Source: an uncultured Verrucomicrobiae bacterium
GTDB taxonomy: Bacteria; Chlamydiota; Chlamydiia; Chlamydiales; Rhabdochlamydiaceae
DNA: 64,000 nucleotides
Reading direction: 5' to 3'
Assembly: GCA_963813135.1 (NCBI GenBank)
Contig: CAWEXY010000011.1
Coordinates: 1-64,000, forward strand
Shown: one piece after another, positions 31,801 through 42,074 of the stretch
Layout: the number at the start of each line of letters is the position of its first letter
How positions within the stretch are numbered: position 1 is the stretch's first letter
Translations under genes and position numbers: made by a program
The notes under the pieces: model-generated
What the model saw: the letters and a program-made list of their open reading frames with translations, nothing else
The model's database searches: none
Told to the model about the DNA's origin: nothing

Positions 31801-32551
31801 ATTGAATGTTCATCAAAATTTCATGCGCTTTCCAATCATCCCGCTCTAAGTAATGCGAGCTAACGGTAGCGACAAGCCGAATCCCTTCGCGCTTCCCTAT
31901 CTCCTTCAGCTGCCCAATGAGCACCTCTTGCTGGCGCACAAAGTCGCGATAGTTTTGAAGGAGCCAGCCCTCCTTGTCCATCCCGTCTTGCGCAATTTGC
32001 GCTTCCGACATCGTGTGCCGCTGGAGCTCCAAATAAAAATCTTCGCCAAAAAGTTCTTGGAACCACTTAATCTCTCCCAGCGCTTCCTTCTCTCGATTTT
32101 GGAGCAGCAAAAAAGGGATCATCCCTTGCAGCGGCCCCGATAAACAAATCAGCCCTTCGGCATATAACTTGAGTGCTTCTTTATCGATGCGCGGCGTGTA
32201 ATAAAAGCCTTCCAAATGAGCGATGGAACTTAATTTGCATAGGTTCTGATACCCCTGCTGATTTTTCGCGAGCAGAATGAGGGGGAAGCCCGCCGGCACG
32301 CCGGGGATCCGCTTCTTATCGAGCCGCGAATGAGGCGCCAGCATGAGCTCGCAGCCGATGATGGGCTTGATCTTTACACTTTGGCATGCCTTATAAAACT
32401 CGATAGCGCCATACATGTTCCCTTCGTCTGTAATAGCGCAGGCCGGCATGCCCAGCGAGGCAGCTTTGGCGGCGATATCTTCAACGCCCATCGTAGAATT
32501 AAGAATGGAATACTGTGAGTGAACATGGAGAGGGATCCAACGCGATGACAT
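28880..32551 (-). pseudogene. dnaE: DNA polymerase III alpha subunit, four frameshifts (probable sequencing indels)
   Basis: PHP domain LHVHSQYS, GPGRGSGAGS, FERFINPER, PDIDVD, KIDFLGL, YGFNKSHA, LGFYLTGHPL; frame changes near 30893, 30062, 29892, 29130. Confidence 0.95.
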
Positions 32552-32582
32552 GCCTTATTTTTAGCAGATCGCAGAGCTCAGA

Positions 32583-33941
32583 TCAAGCTGTTTGCTTTTC
32601 TTCGGCTAGTTCAGCAGCAGCGTATTTGGGATTGGTCTTGATTGACCATAGAGGAACCAGGAGCAGAACTGCCAGAGCTCCGCAAATAGTGAGCGTGACG
32701 AAAAATCCTTGCCATCCCCATATTTCCATCGCTTTCCCGAGGGGGTATCCTGCGGCAGCCTGGCCAAGATAGGCGACCCAGCCGACAAAACCATTGGCGC
32801 TGGCCGCCGCTCTTTTGTGCGCAAGCTCGACCGCCGCAATGCCGATGAGCATTTGGGGGCCAAAAATCAAAAATCCAATGAGAAAAATGAGGGAATAATC
32901 AAGAACTAGGTTGCCCGGCGGGGCCATCCAAAGCGCGACAAGAGCAATGATGACGCTCAAAGAAAAAAGAATATTGACAGGACCTCGACGGCCCCCAAAA
33001 ATTTTATCGGAAGCCCAACCGGCGACAAAGCTGCCGACAAGGCCTCCTATTTCGAACCAGAAAATGCTGGCCGTCGACGCCACGAGCGAATAGCCCCGGG
33101 TCTCTCTTAAGAAAACAGTCGACCAGTCATTGACGGCGCCGCGGATCACATAAACAAAAAAGTAGGCAAACGCCAAGATCCAAATATACGAGTTATTAAT
33201 AATGTATTTATAAAGAATTTCTTTAAACGACAGATTTTCTTCCTGTCCCCTTTTTCCATCAGGATAGTCGTTGCGATGCTTCTCGATCGGCGGAAGGCCA
33301 AGGGTCTCCGGCGTGTCGCGCAGGGTAAATAAGAGGAACCCTCCAATTCCGATACAGAGCAGCCCCGGAACAAACATTCCATACCGCCAGCCGAACGCTT
33401 GCGCACATATGCCGACAATCAAAGGAATGATCGCGCCGCCGACATTATGCGACGAATTCCATAAGCCCCACCATGTTCCGCGCTCTTTTTGCGAATACCA
33501 ATGGGTGAGAAGCTTCATGCATGGCATAGAACCCCAGCCCTGAAAACAGCCATTCAGGCCGCAAAAAATAGCGAACCATAGAACGGAAGAGGCATAACCG
33601 AAGGCAATATTAAAAATACCCGTCATGATCAGACCAACGGACATAAAGACCCGCGGGTTCGATCGATCTGCGAGAATCCCGCTCAAAAACTTGCTAAGCC
33701 CATAAGTTAGAGCTAAAACGCTGCCCAAAATCCCTAAATCGCTCTTGGAAAACCCCAACTCCGAGCTAAGGAGCGGCATGATGCAGGCGTAACTCTTGCG
33801 GGAAAAATAATAGAAGACATATCCGATGTAGATCCCAAAGAAGATCCGCCATCGCCAATAGTTATACTTTTTTTTAACAACATCCTGATCTTGAATCTCA
33901 GGAGGTATCGGCGCCGGCTTAAAAAGATCAAAGAAACTCAA
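32583..33941 (-). CDS. uhpC: Hexose phosphate transporter (MFS, OPA family)
   Basis: YVFYYFSRKS, WYSQKERGTWWGLWNSSHNVGG, FGPQMLIG; TTG start with AAGGAG. Confidence 0.92.
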   Translation of the reverse strand: MSFFDLFKPAPIPPEIQDQDVVKKKYNYWRWRIFFGIYIGYVFYYFSRKSYACIMPLLSSELGFSKSDLGILGSVLALTYGLSKFLSGILADRSNPRVFMSVGLIMTGIFNIAFGYASSVLWFAIFCGLNGCFQGWGSMPCMKLLTHWYSQKERGTWWGLWNSSHNVGGAIIPLIVGICAQAFGWRYGMFVPGLLCIGIGGFLLFTLRDTPETLGLPPIEKHRNDYPDGKRGQEENLSFKEILYKYIINNSYIWILAFAYFFVYVIRGAVNDWSTVFLRETRGYSLVASTASIFWFEIGGLVGSFVAGWASDKIFGGRRGPVNILFSLSVIIALVALWMAPPGNLVLDYSLIFLIGFLIFGPQMLIGIAAVELAHKRAAASANGFVGWVAYLGQAAAGYPLGKAMEIWGWQGFFVTLTICGALAVLLLVPLWSIKTNPKYAAAELAEEKQTA

Positions 33942-33979
33942 GACAATCTCCTTGCGGATTCCATAATAATATTGTTAGT

Positions 33980-34008
33980 AACATACCTAGACTTAGGGGC
34001 AAAGTCAA
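33980..34008 (-). promoter_or_regulatory. Putative sigma66 promoter of uhpC-dnaE
   Basis: Minus strand TTGACT-17 nt-TATGTT. Confidence 0.55.
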
Positions 34009-34055
34009 TCTCAAATTCCCTAGTATAAAATATAATTTTACATCATATTGAGGCT

Positions 34056-34667
34056 ATGGGCGAATTCAAAACAAATATAGAAGCGGGCTCGGGTCCTTAT
34101 AAGGATTGGCTGACGGTTCAAAGGGTCGACGAAATTCGAAAAGAAAGGGGCGAAGAACTCGAAAAAATCGCATCCGAAAAGAGTCCCGATCTTCTTCTCT
34201 TCTCCGGCCTCTTGCTCCATGCAAGAAAAATATTTAATTTATTGTCGTCTGCCACTCAATTTGGACATGCGGCCATCATCGAAAGCCCGACAGGCCTCAT
34301 CCCTTATCTTGCAAATTTAAAGAAAATTCTTCACGAACTCTCCAAATCCGATCAGAGTCAAAACGTCGAGTTCGTTCAAAAATTTAGCGACAGCTGGAAC
34401 GAACTGATCCAGGCCTTTTCCACCATCCAATGGGCGCAGAGAAAAGACCTTGTGGTGATCACAGCCATCAGCGCTCTTTTTGCTGGCATTGGGTCGTACC
34501 CTCTTGGGCAAGAACATTCCCTGGGATTTTATTTGAGCAGGTTTGCCGGAGAAAAATGGCTTCCCTTTCCCTTCATCGAGCTCTTAAGCTCCCTGCACAC
34601 GAATAAAAAGCTCCTCCACGAATGGATCCGCATGGCGGATGCCATCATCTCCCATCTCTCAAGCTAA
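34056..34667 (+). CDS. Hypothetical protein
   Basis: 203-aa ORF filling the uhpC-hisS gap; EHSLGFYLSRFAGEKWLPFPF segment looks conserved-like. Confidence 0.75.
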   Translation: MGEFKTNIEAGSGPYKDWLTVQRVDEIRKERGEELEKIASEKSPDLLLFSGLLLHARKIFNLLSSATQFGHAAIIESPTGLIPYLANLKKILHELSKSDQSQNVEFVQKFSDSWNELIQAFSTIQWAQRKDLVVITAISALFAGIGSYPLGQEHSLGFYLSRFAGEKWLPFPFIELLSSLHTNKKLLHEWIRMADAIISHLSS

Positions 34668-34672
34668 AGAAG

Positions 34673-34742
34673 AGAATTTTAACGCAAAGACGCAAAGGCG
34701 CAAAAAATCCTTGGCGGCTCCGCGTCTTTGCGTTAAAATTCT
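34673..34742. repeat. REP-like palindromic repeat, copy 2
   Basis: AGAATTTTAACGCAAAGACGC...GCGTCTTTGCGTTAAAATTCT, 21-bp perfect arms. Confidence 0.9.
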
Positions 34743-34802
34743 TTCTCCCAATCTTCTACAGCTTTGCGTTTTATCCTCCAGGATCGTAACATTGTTAAAC
34801 TT

Positions 34803-36086
34803 ATGGAATATAAAGCCCCGAAGGGAACGTTTGATATTTTGCCTCAGGCAGATGAAGCTTGGCGCATGTCGGCAAAATGGCAATACGTCGAAGAAGTGAT
34901 GCGTAAATGCGTCGCCGATTATGGATTTAAAGAAATCCGGACGCCGATTTTTGAGCAAACGGAACTCTTCGTCCGCGGCGTAGGAGACAGCTCCGACATC
35001 GTGTCGAAAGAAATGTATACTTTTCAAGATAAAGGCGAGCGCAGCCTAACTCTCCGCCCCGAAGTTACAGCCCCCATCATCCGAGCCTTTGTCGAAAACC
35101 GCCTGGCCCAGACCCCCGGCCTGCACAAGTACTTCTGCATCGGCCCCATGTTCCGCCAAGAACGGCCCCAGGCCGGCCGCTATAGACAATTTCATCAACT
35201 GGACGTTGAAGCCGTCGGCTGCGGCAAACCTGAGCAAGACGCTGAGGTGATCGATCTCGCTTGCACACTGCACCGAAAACTCGGCATCAAAAATTTGAAC
35301 GTGATGATCAATTCGATCGGCGATGAAACTTCCCGCGTAGAATATCGCAAAGCTCTGCACGAATATCTGCAGCCGCACCTATCGTCTTTATCCCCTGAAA
35401 GCCAAGTCCGCTTTTCGAAAAACGTCCTCCGCATTTTAGACTCCAAAGACCCCAATGATCAAAAGCTCCTCGAAAAGGCGCCACGCACCATCGATTTTTT
35501 AAGCGGGGAAGCGAAAGACCATTTTGAAGAACTGCTGAAGCTCTTAAAGCACCTCGGCATTTCTTACGCCGTTAATCATAAACTCGTGCGCGGGCTCGAT
35601 TATTACAACAAAACGGTTTTTGAAATCGTCTCAGAGGAGCTCGGAGCTCAAAACACCATCTGCGGCGGCGGCAGGTACGATGGCCTTCCGGCGCTTCTGG
35701 GCGGGCCCAACCTTCCCAGCATCGGTTTTGCCACAGGCATCGAAAGGCTCATCCAAACGATGCTGGGGCAAAATGTCTCTTTTCCTCGTCCAGCCCATCC
35801 TTTTGTGTTTTTTATCCCTCTTGGCACGGAAGCGCTTTCTACGGCGATGGACCTTCTCTGCAAGCTCCGCCACAAGGGCATCGCGTCCGACATCGATATG
35901 GGCGCCAAAAAAGTACAGCGCGGCCTAGAACTGGCAAGTAGCGCCGATGCCGACTACGCCATTGTCATCGGAGATCGCGAATTAGAGCAGAAAGAAATCG
36001 AGCTCAAAAACCTTTCGACCCGCGAGGCGAAGAAAATCCCCTTAAACTCGCTCATTTCCACTTTAGAGGAACTCCATGGCCTTTGA
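34803..36086 (+). CDS. hisS: Histidine--tRNA ligase
   Basis: [38 protein letters not shown]; start ATG 34803. Confidence 0.98.
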   Translation: MEYKAPKGTFDILPQADEAWRMSAKWQYVEEVMRKCVADYGFKEIRTPIFEQTELFVRGVGDSSDIVSKEMYTFQDKGERSLTLRPEVTAPIIRAFVENRLAQTPGLHKYFCIGPMFRQERPQAGRYRQFHQLDVEAVGCGKPEQDAEVIDLACTLHRKLGIKNLNVMINSIGDETSRVEYRKALHEYLQPHLSSLSPESQVRFSKNVLRILDSKDPNDQKLLEKAPRTIDFLSGEAKDHFEELLKLLKHLGISYAVNHKLVRGLDYYNKTVFEIVSEELGAQNTICGGGRYDGLPALLGGPNLPSIGFATGIERLIQTMLGQNVSFPRPAHPFVFFIPLGTEALSTAMDLLCKLRHKGIASDIDMGAKKVQRGLELASSADADYAIVIGDRELEQKEIELKNLSTREAKKIPLNSLISTLEELHGL

Positions 36087-37848
36087 TTATAAACGCACCC
36101 ACACCTGCGGCGCTCTTAACGGGTCCGACGTCGGAACCACTGTCACACTTTCAGGATGGGTCCATCGCAGGCGCGACCTTGGCAGCCTCATCTTCATCGA
36201 CCTCCGCGATAGGTTTGGCCTCACGCAATTAGTATTCGACCCCCTCAAAAACAGCTCGATCCACGCCGTCGCCTCCAAACTTCGCGCCGAATGGGTTGTT
36301 TCCATTCGCGGGACCGTCCGTCCCCGCGCTCCGGGCATGGCCAACTCCAAACTTGCCACAGGGGAAATTGAAATCGACGTCACGGAAATCGAAATTCTCT
36401 CCGCTGCAAAAACCCCGCCCATTTCTGTCGCCGACGACATGACCGACGCGCAAGAAGAGGCCCGCCTCAAATACCGGTACCTTGACATTCGCCGCGGCCC
36501 CATTGCCGACAGGCTTGCCACGCGCCATCTGGCCATGCACCACACGCGAAATCATTTCCATGCGTTGGACTTTTTAGAGATCACGACCCCCGTCCTTGTC
36601 AAATCAACTCCGGGCGGAGCCCGCAATTACCTCGTCCCCTCCCGCATCTACCCAGGAAATTTTTACGCCCTGCCTGAATCTCCGCAGCTTTTTAAGCAGC
36701 TCCTCATGATTTCAGGAATGGACCGGTATTTCCAGATCGCTACGTGTTTCCGCGATGAAGATATGCGCGCCGATCGCCAGCCTGAGTTCACCCAAATCGA
36801 TGTCGAGATGAGCTTTTCCCACCCCGAGGATATCATCCGCATCATCGAAGGGCTCTTCGTCAAACTCTTTAAAGAATGCGCCGGCAGATCCATCGCAGCC
36901 CCCTTTGCCCATATGACCTATGCCGACTGCCTTGAATATTACGGCACCGACCGCCCCGACCTCCGATTCGGCATGCCGCTCCTGCGCCTCGATGATATCG
37001 CCAAACGCTCGACGTTTAAAATTTTCCTCGACACTCTCTCGACCGGCGGATGCATCAAAGCCCTCAACGTTAAAAAAGGCGCCGACGCCTCCCGCCGCAT
37101 GATCGATGCATACACTGAGTTCGTGAAACCTTTTGGCTTGAGCGGCCTTGCTTGGCTCAAAAAGAACGAAGAAGGACTAACCTCTTCTTTCGGAAAATTC
37201 TTCACCGATGATCTCATGAAAGAAATTCTCTCGCGCCTGGAAGTTGACAATGGCGATCTGGTTCTTGTCGCCGCAGGCCCCGAGACCTGCGTCAACCAAG
37301 GCCTCGATCAACTGCGCCGCCGTATCGCCCATGAGAGAAAAATGATCCCCGAAGGAAAGCTCAGTTTTCTCTGGGTCACAGATTTCCCTCTCTTCCGCTA
37401 CAACGCCGAAGAAGGCCGCATCGAAAGCGAGCATCACGCATTCACCGCGCCTCATCCTGACGACGTCCACCTCCTCGATCAAGACCCCCTCAAAGTCCGG
37501 GCTCTCGCTTATGATATTGTCCTCAATGGCTATGAAGTGGGAGGCGGTTCTCAGCGGATCCACAATGGCGAGCTGCAAGAAAAGATTTTCCGCATCCTCA
37601 AACTCTCGGAAGAAGAGATTCAAGAAAAATTTGGATTTTTCGTCGAGGCCCTGCAATACGGCACGCCGCCCCATCTAGGAATCGCCCTAGGCCTCGACCG
37701 TTTGGTCATGCTTCTCACCGGCACCGACAGTATCCGCGACGTGATCGCCTTCCCTAAAACCCAGAAAGGCAGCGATCTCATGACAAACGCCCCAGCCCAA
37801 GTTACTGATCGTCAACTCTCCGAACTCAAAATCCAAATTTCGAAATAA
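36076..37848 (+). CDS. aspS: Aspartate--tRNA ligase
   Basis: [50 protein letters not shown]. Confidence 0.98.
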   Translation: MAFDYKRTHTCGALNGSDVGTTVTLSGWVHRRRDLGSLIFIDLRDRFGLTQLVFDPLKNSSIHAVASKLRAEWVVSIRGTVRPRAPGMANSKLATGEIEIDVTEIEILSAAKTPPISVADDMTDAQEEARLKYRYLDIRRGPIADRLATRHLAMHHTRNHFHALDFLEITTPVLVKSTPGGARNYLVPSRIYPGNFYALPESPQLFKQLLMISGMDRYFQIATCFRDEDMRADRQPEFTQIDVEMSFSHPEDIIRIIEGLFVKLFKECAGRSIAAPFAHMTYADCLEYYGTDRPDLRFGMPLLRLDDIAKRSTFKIFLDTLSTGGCIKALNVKKGADASRRMIDAYTEFVKPFGLSGLAWLKKNEEGLTSSFGKFFTDDLMKEILSRLEVDNGDLVLVAAGPETCVNQGLDQLRRRIAHERKMIPEGKLSFLWVTDFPLFRYNAEEGRIESEHHAFTAPHPDDVHLLDQDPLKVRALAYDIVLNGYEVGGGSQRIHNGELQEKIFRILKLSEEEIQEKFGFFVEALQYGTPPHLGIALGLDRLVMLLTGTDSIRDVIAFPKTQKGSDLMTNAPAQVTDRQLSELKIQISK

Positions 37849-37852
37849 AGAG

Positions 37853-37921
37853 AGAATTTTAACGCAAAGACGCAGAGCCCCAAAGATTTTTTGCGTCTTT
37901 GCGCCTTTGCGTTAAAATTCT
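37853..37921. repeat. REP-like palindromic repeat, copy 3
   Basis: AGAATTTTAACGCAAAG...CTTTGCGTTAAAATTCT followed by a T-run; 5 nt after the aspS stop. Confidence 0.9.
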
Positions 37922-37995
37922 TTTTTTGCATAGCACTCTAGCCTTGGCATTAATGAGGATGATAAGGTAAAGTTAGGAACGAGCAGGAGCCATTT

Positions 37996-38775
37996 ATGTT
38001 TAAATATTTAATTACCATTCTGGGTGTCACATCTCTTATCGCTGAAGAAGCAGCACCCACCCCCGAGCAAACTTCGAAGGAACCCGTGAAAACGGAAGTT
38101 GCCCAAGTGGCAAAAATTTCCGAGGCTTTTGGCCATCTCATCGGCAAGAACCTCGAGTCGACAGGCTATAAATTCGATGTCGCCCAGGTGATCAAAGGAC
38201 TTCAAGATGCAGCAGCGGGCAAAGACGCCCCCATGACAGAGATGGAATGCGTCCAAGCTATTACAGCAGCGCAAGAAGCAGCTTTTAAAAACCAAGCTGA
38301 AGACAACCTCAAAAAAGCTAATGAATTCTTGGAAAATAACAGTAAAAATGCCGACATCGTCACGGTCGAGCCTGGCAAACTTCAATACAAAGTTGAGCAA
38401 CCCGGAACGGGCGCCGTCGTCGAAGAGCACTTCTCTCCCCTTATCCGTTATAAAGGAAAGTTTCTGGACGGAACTGTTTTTGGATCTTCCAAAGAAGACG
38501 AGCTCATTTCTCTCGATGAAACAATTCCGGGATTCACCAAAGGCATCCTCGGTATGAAAGAAGGCGAAAAGCGCACTCTTTTCATTCACCCTGATCAAGG
38601 CTATGGAACAAGCGGCTACCTGCCTCCCAACTCCCTGCTCACATTCGAGATTGAAGTTGTGAAAGCCAACGGACTGCCTGCTCAAACCACCGAGTCTATA
38701 TCCTCGCACCCCAAAGAAATGTCAAATCCTGAAGTGGCGTTTCCGAATCTCGAATCTCCTCGCGAAGTGCGTTGA
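37996..38775 (+). CDS. mip: FKBP-type peptidyl-prolyl isomerase Mip
   Basis: SEAFGHLIG, YKGKFLDGTVFGSS, IPGFTKG, LPPNSLLTFEIE. Confidence 0.92.
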   Translation: MFKYLITILGVTSLIAEEAAPTPEQTSKEPVKTEVAQVAKISEAFGHLIGKNLESTGYKFDVAQVIKGLQDAAAGKDAPMTEMECVQAITAAQEAAFKNQAEDNLKKANEFLENNSKNADIVTVEPGKLQYKVEQPGTGAVVEEHFSPLIRYKGKFLDGTVFGSSKEDELISLDETIPGFTKGILGMKEGEKRTLFIHPDQGYGTSGYLPPNSLLTFEIEVVKANGLPAQTTESISSHPKEMSNPEVAFPNLESPREVR

Positions 38776-39233
38776 AGATCATCTTATTCCAGCCTCAGAT
38801 CCCGCAAAATGCGGGCAACATCGTCCGTACCTGTAGCGTAACAGGTACGGACCTTATTTTTGTCAGACCCCTCGGGTTCAGCACATCGAGCCGCCATCTT
38901 AAACGGGCCGGCCTCGATTATTGGGAAGGCGTCGACGTACAAATCATCGACGATCTGATCTCTTACCTTGAAAATTTATCCGCACCTTTTTATTTTTTTT
39001 CTAGCAAAGCCACAAAAAACTACACGGATGTTGACTATACAAGCCAAGATCATTTAGTTTTCGGTTCAGAGACGGAAGGGCTTCCTCCTGCCATACATGG
39101 GAGGTGGAAGGAGAGGTTTTATCGAATTCCGATGAAACCAGGAGCTCGCTGCCTTAACCTCGCCTCCTCGGCGGCGGTGGTATTGTACGAAGCAAAAAGA
39201 CAACTTAACCTTAGTTCCGAATTGATTTGGTAG
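38772..39233 (+). CDS. trmL: tRNA (cytidine/uridine-34 2'-O)-methyltransferase (SPOUT)
   Basis: PQIPQNAGNIVRTC, RAGLDYW, FGSETEGLP, LNLAS. Confidence 0.93.
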   Translation: MKIILFQPQIPQNAGNIVRTCSVTGTDLIFVRPLGFSTSSRHLKRAGLDYWEGVDVQIIDDLISYLENLSAPFYFFSSKATKNYTDVDYTSQDHLVFGSETEGLPPAIHGRWKERFYRIPMKPGARCLNLASSAAVVLYEAKRQLNLSSELIW

Positions 39234-39257
39234 AGGGTTGTCGCAGATTGTGAGGGG

Positions 39258-39336
39258 CTTTTTGGAAATTTTGACGAATCCAATAGCCCCAATGTTAGGC
39301 AGGGTGCCTATGGGTTCGTCAAAATTTATCAAAAAG
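39258..39336 (+). promoter_or_regulatory. Long hairpin immediately upstream of the transporter start
   Basis: CTTTTTGGAAATTTTGACGAATCCA / TGGGTTCGTCAAAATTTATCAAAAAG. Confidence 0.55.
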
Positions 39337-39344
39337 AGACCAGG

Positions 39345-41510
39345 ATGGTAAATCTTTTTAAATCATTCTTTGGGATGTCGCTAGCCCTTCAAATGGCTTT
39401 AGCGACAGCTTTGGGAATTCTTTTCGGCATATTGCTGGGCGACCTGTGCTCGGTCTTTGCCCCTTGGGGCAGCGCCTATATCATGGTGCTCAAGGTCACC
39501 ACCATTCCCTACCTGATCTGCGCCATCATCCACGGCGTAGGGCGCCTCGTTTCCTCCACAGCGAAACAGATCCTGCAAAAGGGGCTGATCTTTATCGGAT
39601 GCGCATGGGCGATCAACATTACGATGATCTATGTTACCGCCTTTATGTTCCCCCGTTCCCATGGCATTCCCCAAGGGAGCTATAGCGGAAAAACACCTCC
39701 GGGCATCAACTTTGCCGAACTGCTCATCCCCGACAACATTTTCTATGCGCTCACGCACAACATCATCCCTGCCATCGTCGTCTTCGGCATATTGATTGGG
39801 ATCGCCCTCATGCATCTCAAAGAGAAGACCACATTCATGGAGCTTTTAGAGACGCTCGTCAATGCCCTCACACGCATTACAGGCTGGATCAGCCGGATCA
39901 CACCGATTGGAACTTTTCTGATCATCGCCTCTCAGGTCGGCTCCATGAAACTCGCGATCGTTCAGCAAGTGGGGGCTTACTTAACCCTCTACATATTGAC
40001 CGCCGTCATCCTTGTCTTCTGGGTCTTCCCCCGCTTCGTCAGCATGCTCACCACGATCCCCGCCAAACGGTGGATCAAAGACCTCGTGCCCATTCTCGTC
40101 TTAGCCTACACCACCAACGTCGTCATCGTCACGCTGCCCTTCATCATCGAGCTCATAAAAAAAGAGACCGAACAGTTTTACCAAAAAGATGGCCGGATCA
40201 AAGACCAAATCCAAGGGATCGTATCGATCATCTTCAACCTGCCTCTTGGGTCTCTCTTCATTTCAATTTTTATTTTCTTCATCGCCCTTTTCTACCACTC
40301 GCCCCTCAACCTCGGCAGCCAGATCCAGCTCTTTTTGACTACTTTTTTAACCAGCTTGGGCGCTGTCGGCCTCGGATCGTGGATCAATTCGCTGACATTC
40401 CTCCTCGACAGTTTGAACTTGCCCCTCGATGCCGTCGACCTCTACCTTTCCACCCTTCCCTTCACTGCCGGATTCCAGTCGATGATCTCTGTGATGGAGA
40501 TCGCTTCCCTCTCCCTGCTCATAGCTCTTGCTTGCCACAGCCTCCTTAAGTTCCGCTGGCACCAGATCCTGCGGAGCTCAGCCCTCACGATCGGCCCCGT
40601 GATCTTCTTTGCATTCGTGATCAAACTCCTCCATCCCTTCCCTCAAATTTCGAATCCTCATAAAAACATCGCTGAAATCCCCGTGACCCCAGAAATCGCT
40701 GTCCATGTCTATAAAGACTCTCTTCCATCTTCCCGCTCGGGCGAAGTCTTCGAACGCATCCTCCGCTCCAAAGTCCTTCGCGTCGGTTATAACATCAATG
40801 CCCTTCCCTTCTGCTTTGAGAACGACTTTGGCGAACTCTCCGGCTATGATGTCTCTTTTGCGTACGCCTTGGCCCGAGACCTTGGATGCTCTCTCGAGAT
40901 GGTGCCCATGTATTTTGGAAATGTCGCGGACGATCTCAATGAAGGACTCTATGATATCGCTATGTCGGGCCTCACGATCAACGAAGACCGGCTCCGAAAA
41001 TTAAGCTTCACCAATCCCTATATCGATGCGCGAATTGTATTTGTGATGCGCAAAAAATACCGAAAAGAGCTCACTTCCATCGACGCTATTTTAGAGCGGC
41101 CCCAGGTGAAAGTCGCTGTTCTGCGCGGCTCGTCCTATGAGACCCTGGCCCACACCCTATTTCCTGACACGCAAATCGTCGCCATCGACAGTTATGAGGA
41201 CTATGCCCGGTATCAGCCCAACGCCGTCCTCATCCGCGGCGAGCCCCAGGCCGTCGCCTGGAGCCTCCACTACCCCAACTTCACGGTCGTCGTTCCCACA
41301 GAACCTATTGGCAAAGACAGCCTCGGATATGCCGTGAAGCAAAATGACGTGGCCTTTGTCTCCTTCCTCAATCAGTGGCTCCGCTTGAAGAAGCACGAAG
41401 AGTTTACCCAGCGCCAATATGATCTATGGGTGCTCGGTAAAACGGAAACTGTTCTAATCGAAGAACCCCGCTGGTCCGTCGTCCGCAACGTCTTTCATTG
41501 GGTGGATTAA
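39345..41510 (+). CDS. Dicarboxylate/amino acid:cation symporter fused to a family-3 solute-binding domain
   Basis: Hydrophobic N-terminal ~430 aa with LIPDNIF; C-terminal LRVGYN...GYDVSFAYALA...DIAMSGLTINEDR. Confidence 0.85.
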   Translation: MVNLFKSFFGMSLALQMALATALGILFGILLGDLCSVFAPWGSAYIMVLKVTTIPYLICAIIHGVGRLVSSTAKQILQKGLIFIGCAWAINITMIYVTAFMFPRSHGIPQGSYSGKTPPGINFAELLIPDNIFYALTHNIIPAIVVFGILIGIALMHLKEKTTFMELLETLVNALTRITGWISRITPIGTFLIIASQVGSMKLAIVQQVGAYLTLYILTAVILVFWVFPRFVSMLTTIPAKRWIKDLVPILVLAYTTNVVIVTLPFIIELIKKETEQFYQKDGRIKDQIQGIVSIIFNLPLGSLFISIFIFFIALFYHSPLNLGSQIQLFLTTFLTSLGAVGLGSWINSLTFLLDSLNLPLDAVDLYLSTLPFTAGFQSMISVMEIASLSLLIALACHSLLKFRWHQILRSSALTIGPVIFFAFVIKLLHPFPQISNPHKNIAEIPVTPEIAVHVYKDSLPSSRSGEVFERILRSKVLRVGYNINALPFCFENDFGELSGYDVSFAYALARDLGCSLEMVPMYFGNVADDLNEGLYDIAMSGLTINEDRLRKLSFTNPYIDARIVFVMRKKYRKELTSIDAILERPQVKVAVLRGSSYETLAHTLFPDTQIVAIDSYEDYARYQPNAVLIRGEPQAVAWSLHYPNFTVVVPTEPIGKDSLGYAVKQNDVAFVSFLNQWLRLKKHEEFTQRQYDLWVLGKTETVLIEEPRWSVVRNVFHWVD

Positions 41511-41554
41511 TCACATGAGGCCAGGACTCAAAGGGATGCCGATGAAGACGCCAT

Positions 41555-41875
41555 CTATGCGCGCGCTTTGCCCGCGGTATTAATAAATTCTTTGAGCGAT
41601 GCTTCGTCGCGAAGACCTACGACCCGGCCCATTTCTTTTCCATTTCTGAAAAGGATAAGGGTGGGAACGGAGGTGACCTGATAGGAAGAAGCGATGCGCT
41701 GAGCATGGTCGACATCGAGCTTGCCAACGGTCACGGAACTCTGCATTTCTTGAGCGATTTTCTCAAGAATGGGGGTCATCATGCGACAAGGGCCGCACCA
41801 ATCGGCATAGAAATCGACGAGGGTCGTCCCTTGGCTGATTTCGGCCTCAAAAGTATCTTCTGTGAACTTTTTCAA
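41555..41875 (-). CDS. trxA: Thioredoxin
   Basis: DFYADWCGPCR, SVPTLILF. Confidence 0.97.
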   Translation of the reverse strand: MKKFTEDTFEAEISQGTTLVDFYADWCGPCRMMTPILEKIAQEMQSSVTVGKLDVDHAQRIASSYQVTSVPTLILFRNGKEMGRVVGLRDEASLKEFINTAGKARA

Positions 41876-41956
41876 AATTTTACTCCTGGTTCTGTAGAGG
41901 TAATATTAGCAGATTGTTTTCCGAAAAACAAGCCGCTCGATTATAATGAGCGCCTT

Positions 41957-42040
41957 GCGGCCATGGCGGAATTGGCAGACGCGCTAGATTCAGGTTCTAG
42001 TCGAGGCAACTCGGTGGATGTTCAAGTCATCTTGGCCGCA
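41957..42040 (+). tRNA. tRNA-Leu (CAG)
   Basis: GCGGCCA/TGGCCGC acceptor stem; CTAGA-TTCAGGT-TCTAG anticodon arm; long variable arm; TTCAA T-loop; TATAAT at 41942-41947; no encoded CCA. Confidence 0.95.
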
Positions 42041-42074
42041 ATTTTTGACCTAAGCTTTACACCCCGTATATAAC

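Noticed and set aside
28880..32551. Split or intein-containing dnaE, or programmed frameshifting
   Set aside because: The pieces are collinear, join by single-base changes and contain no intein motifs or inserted sequence.
23485..37921. CRISPR interpretation of the repeated palindromes
   Set aside because: Copies are kilobases apart, not arrayed with spacers, and no cas genes are present.
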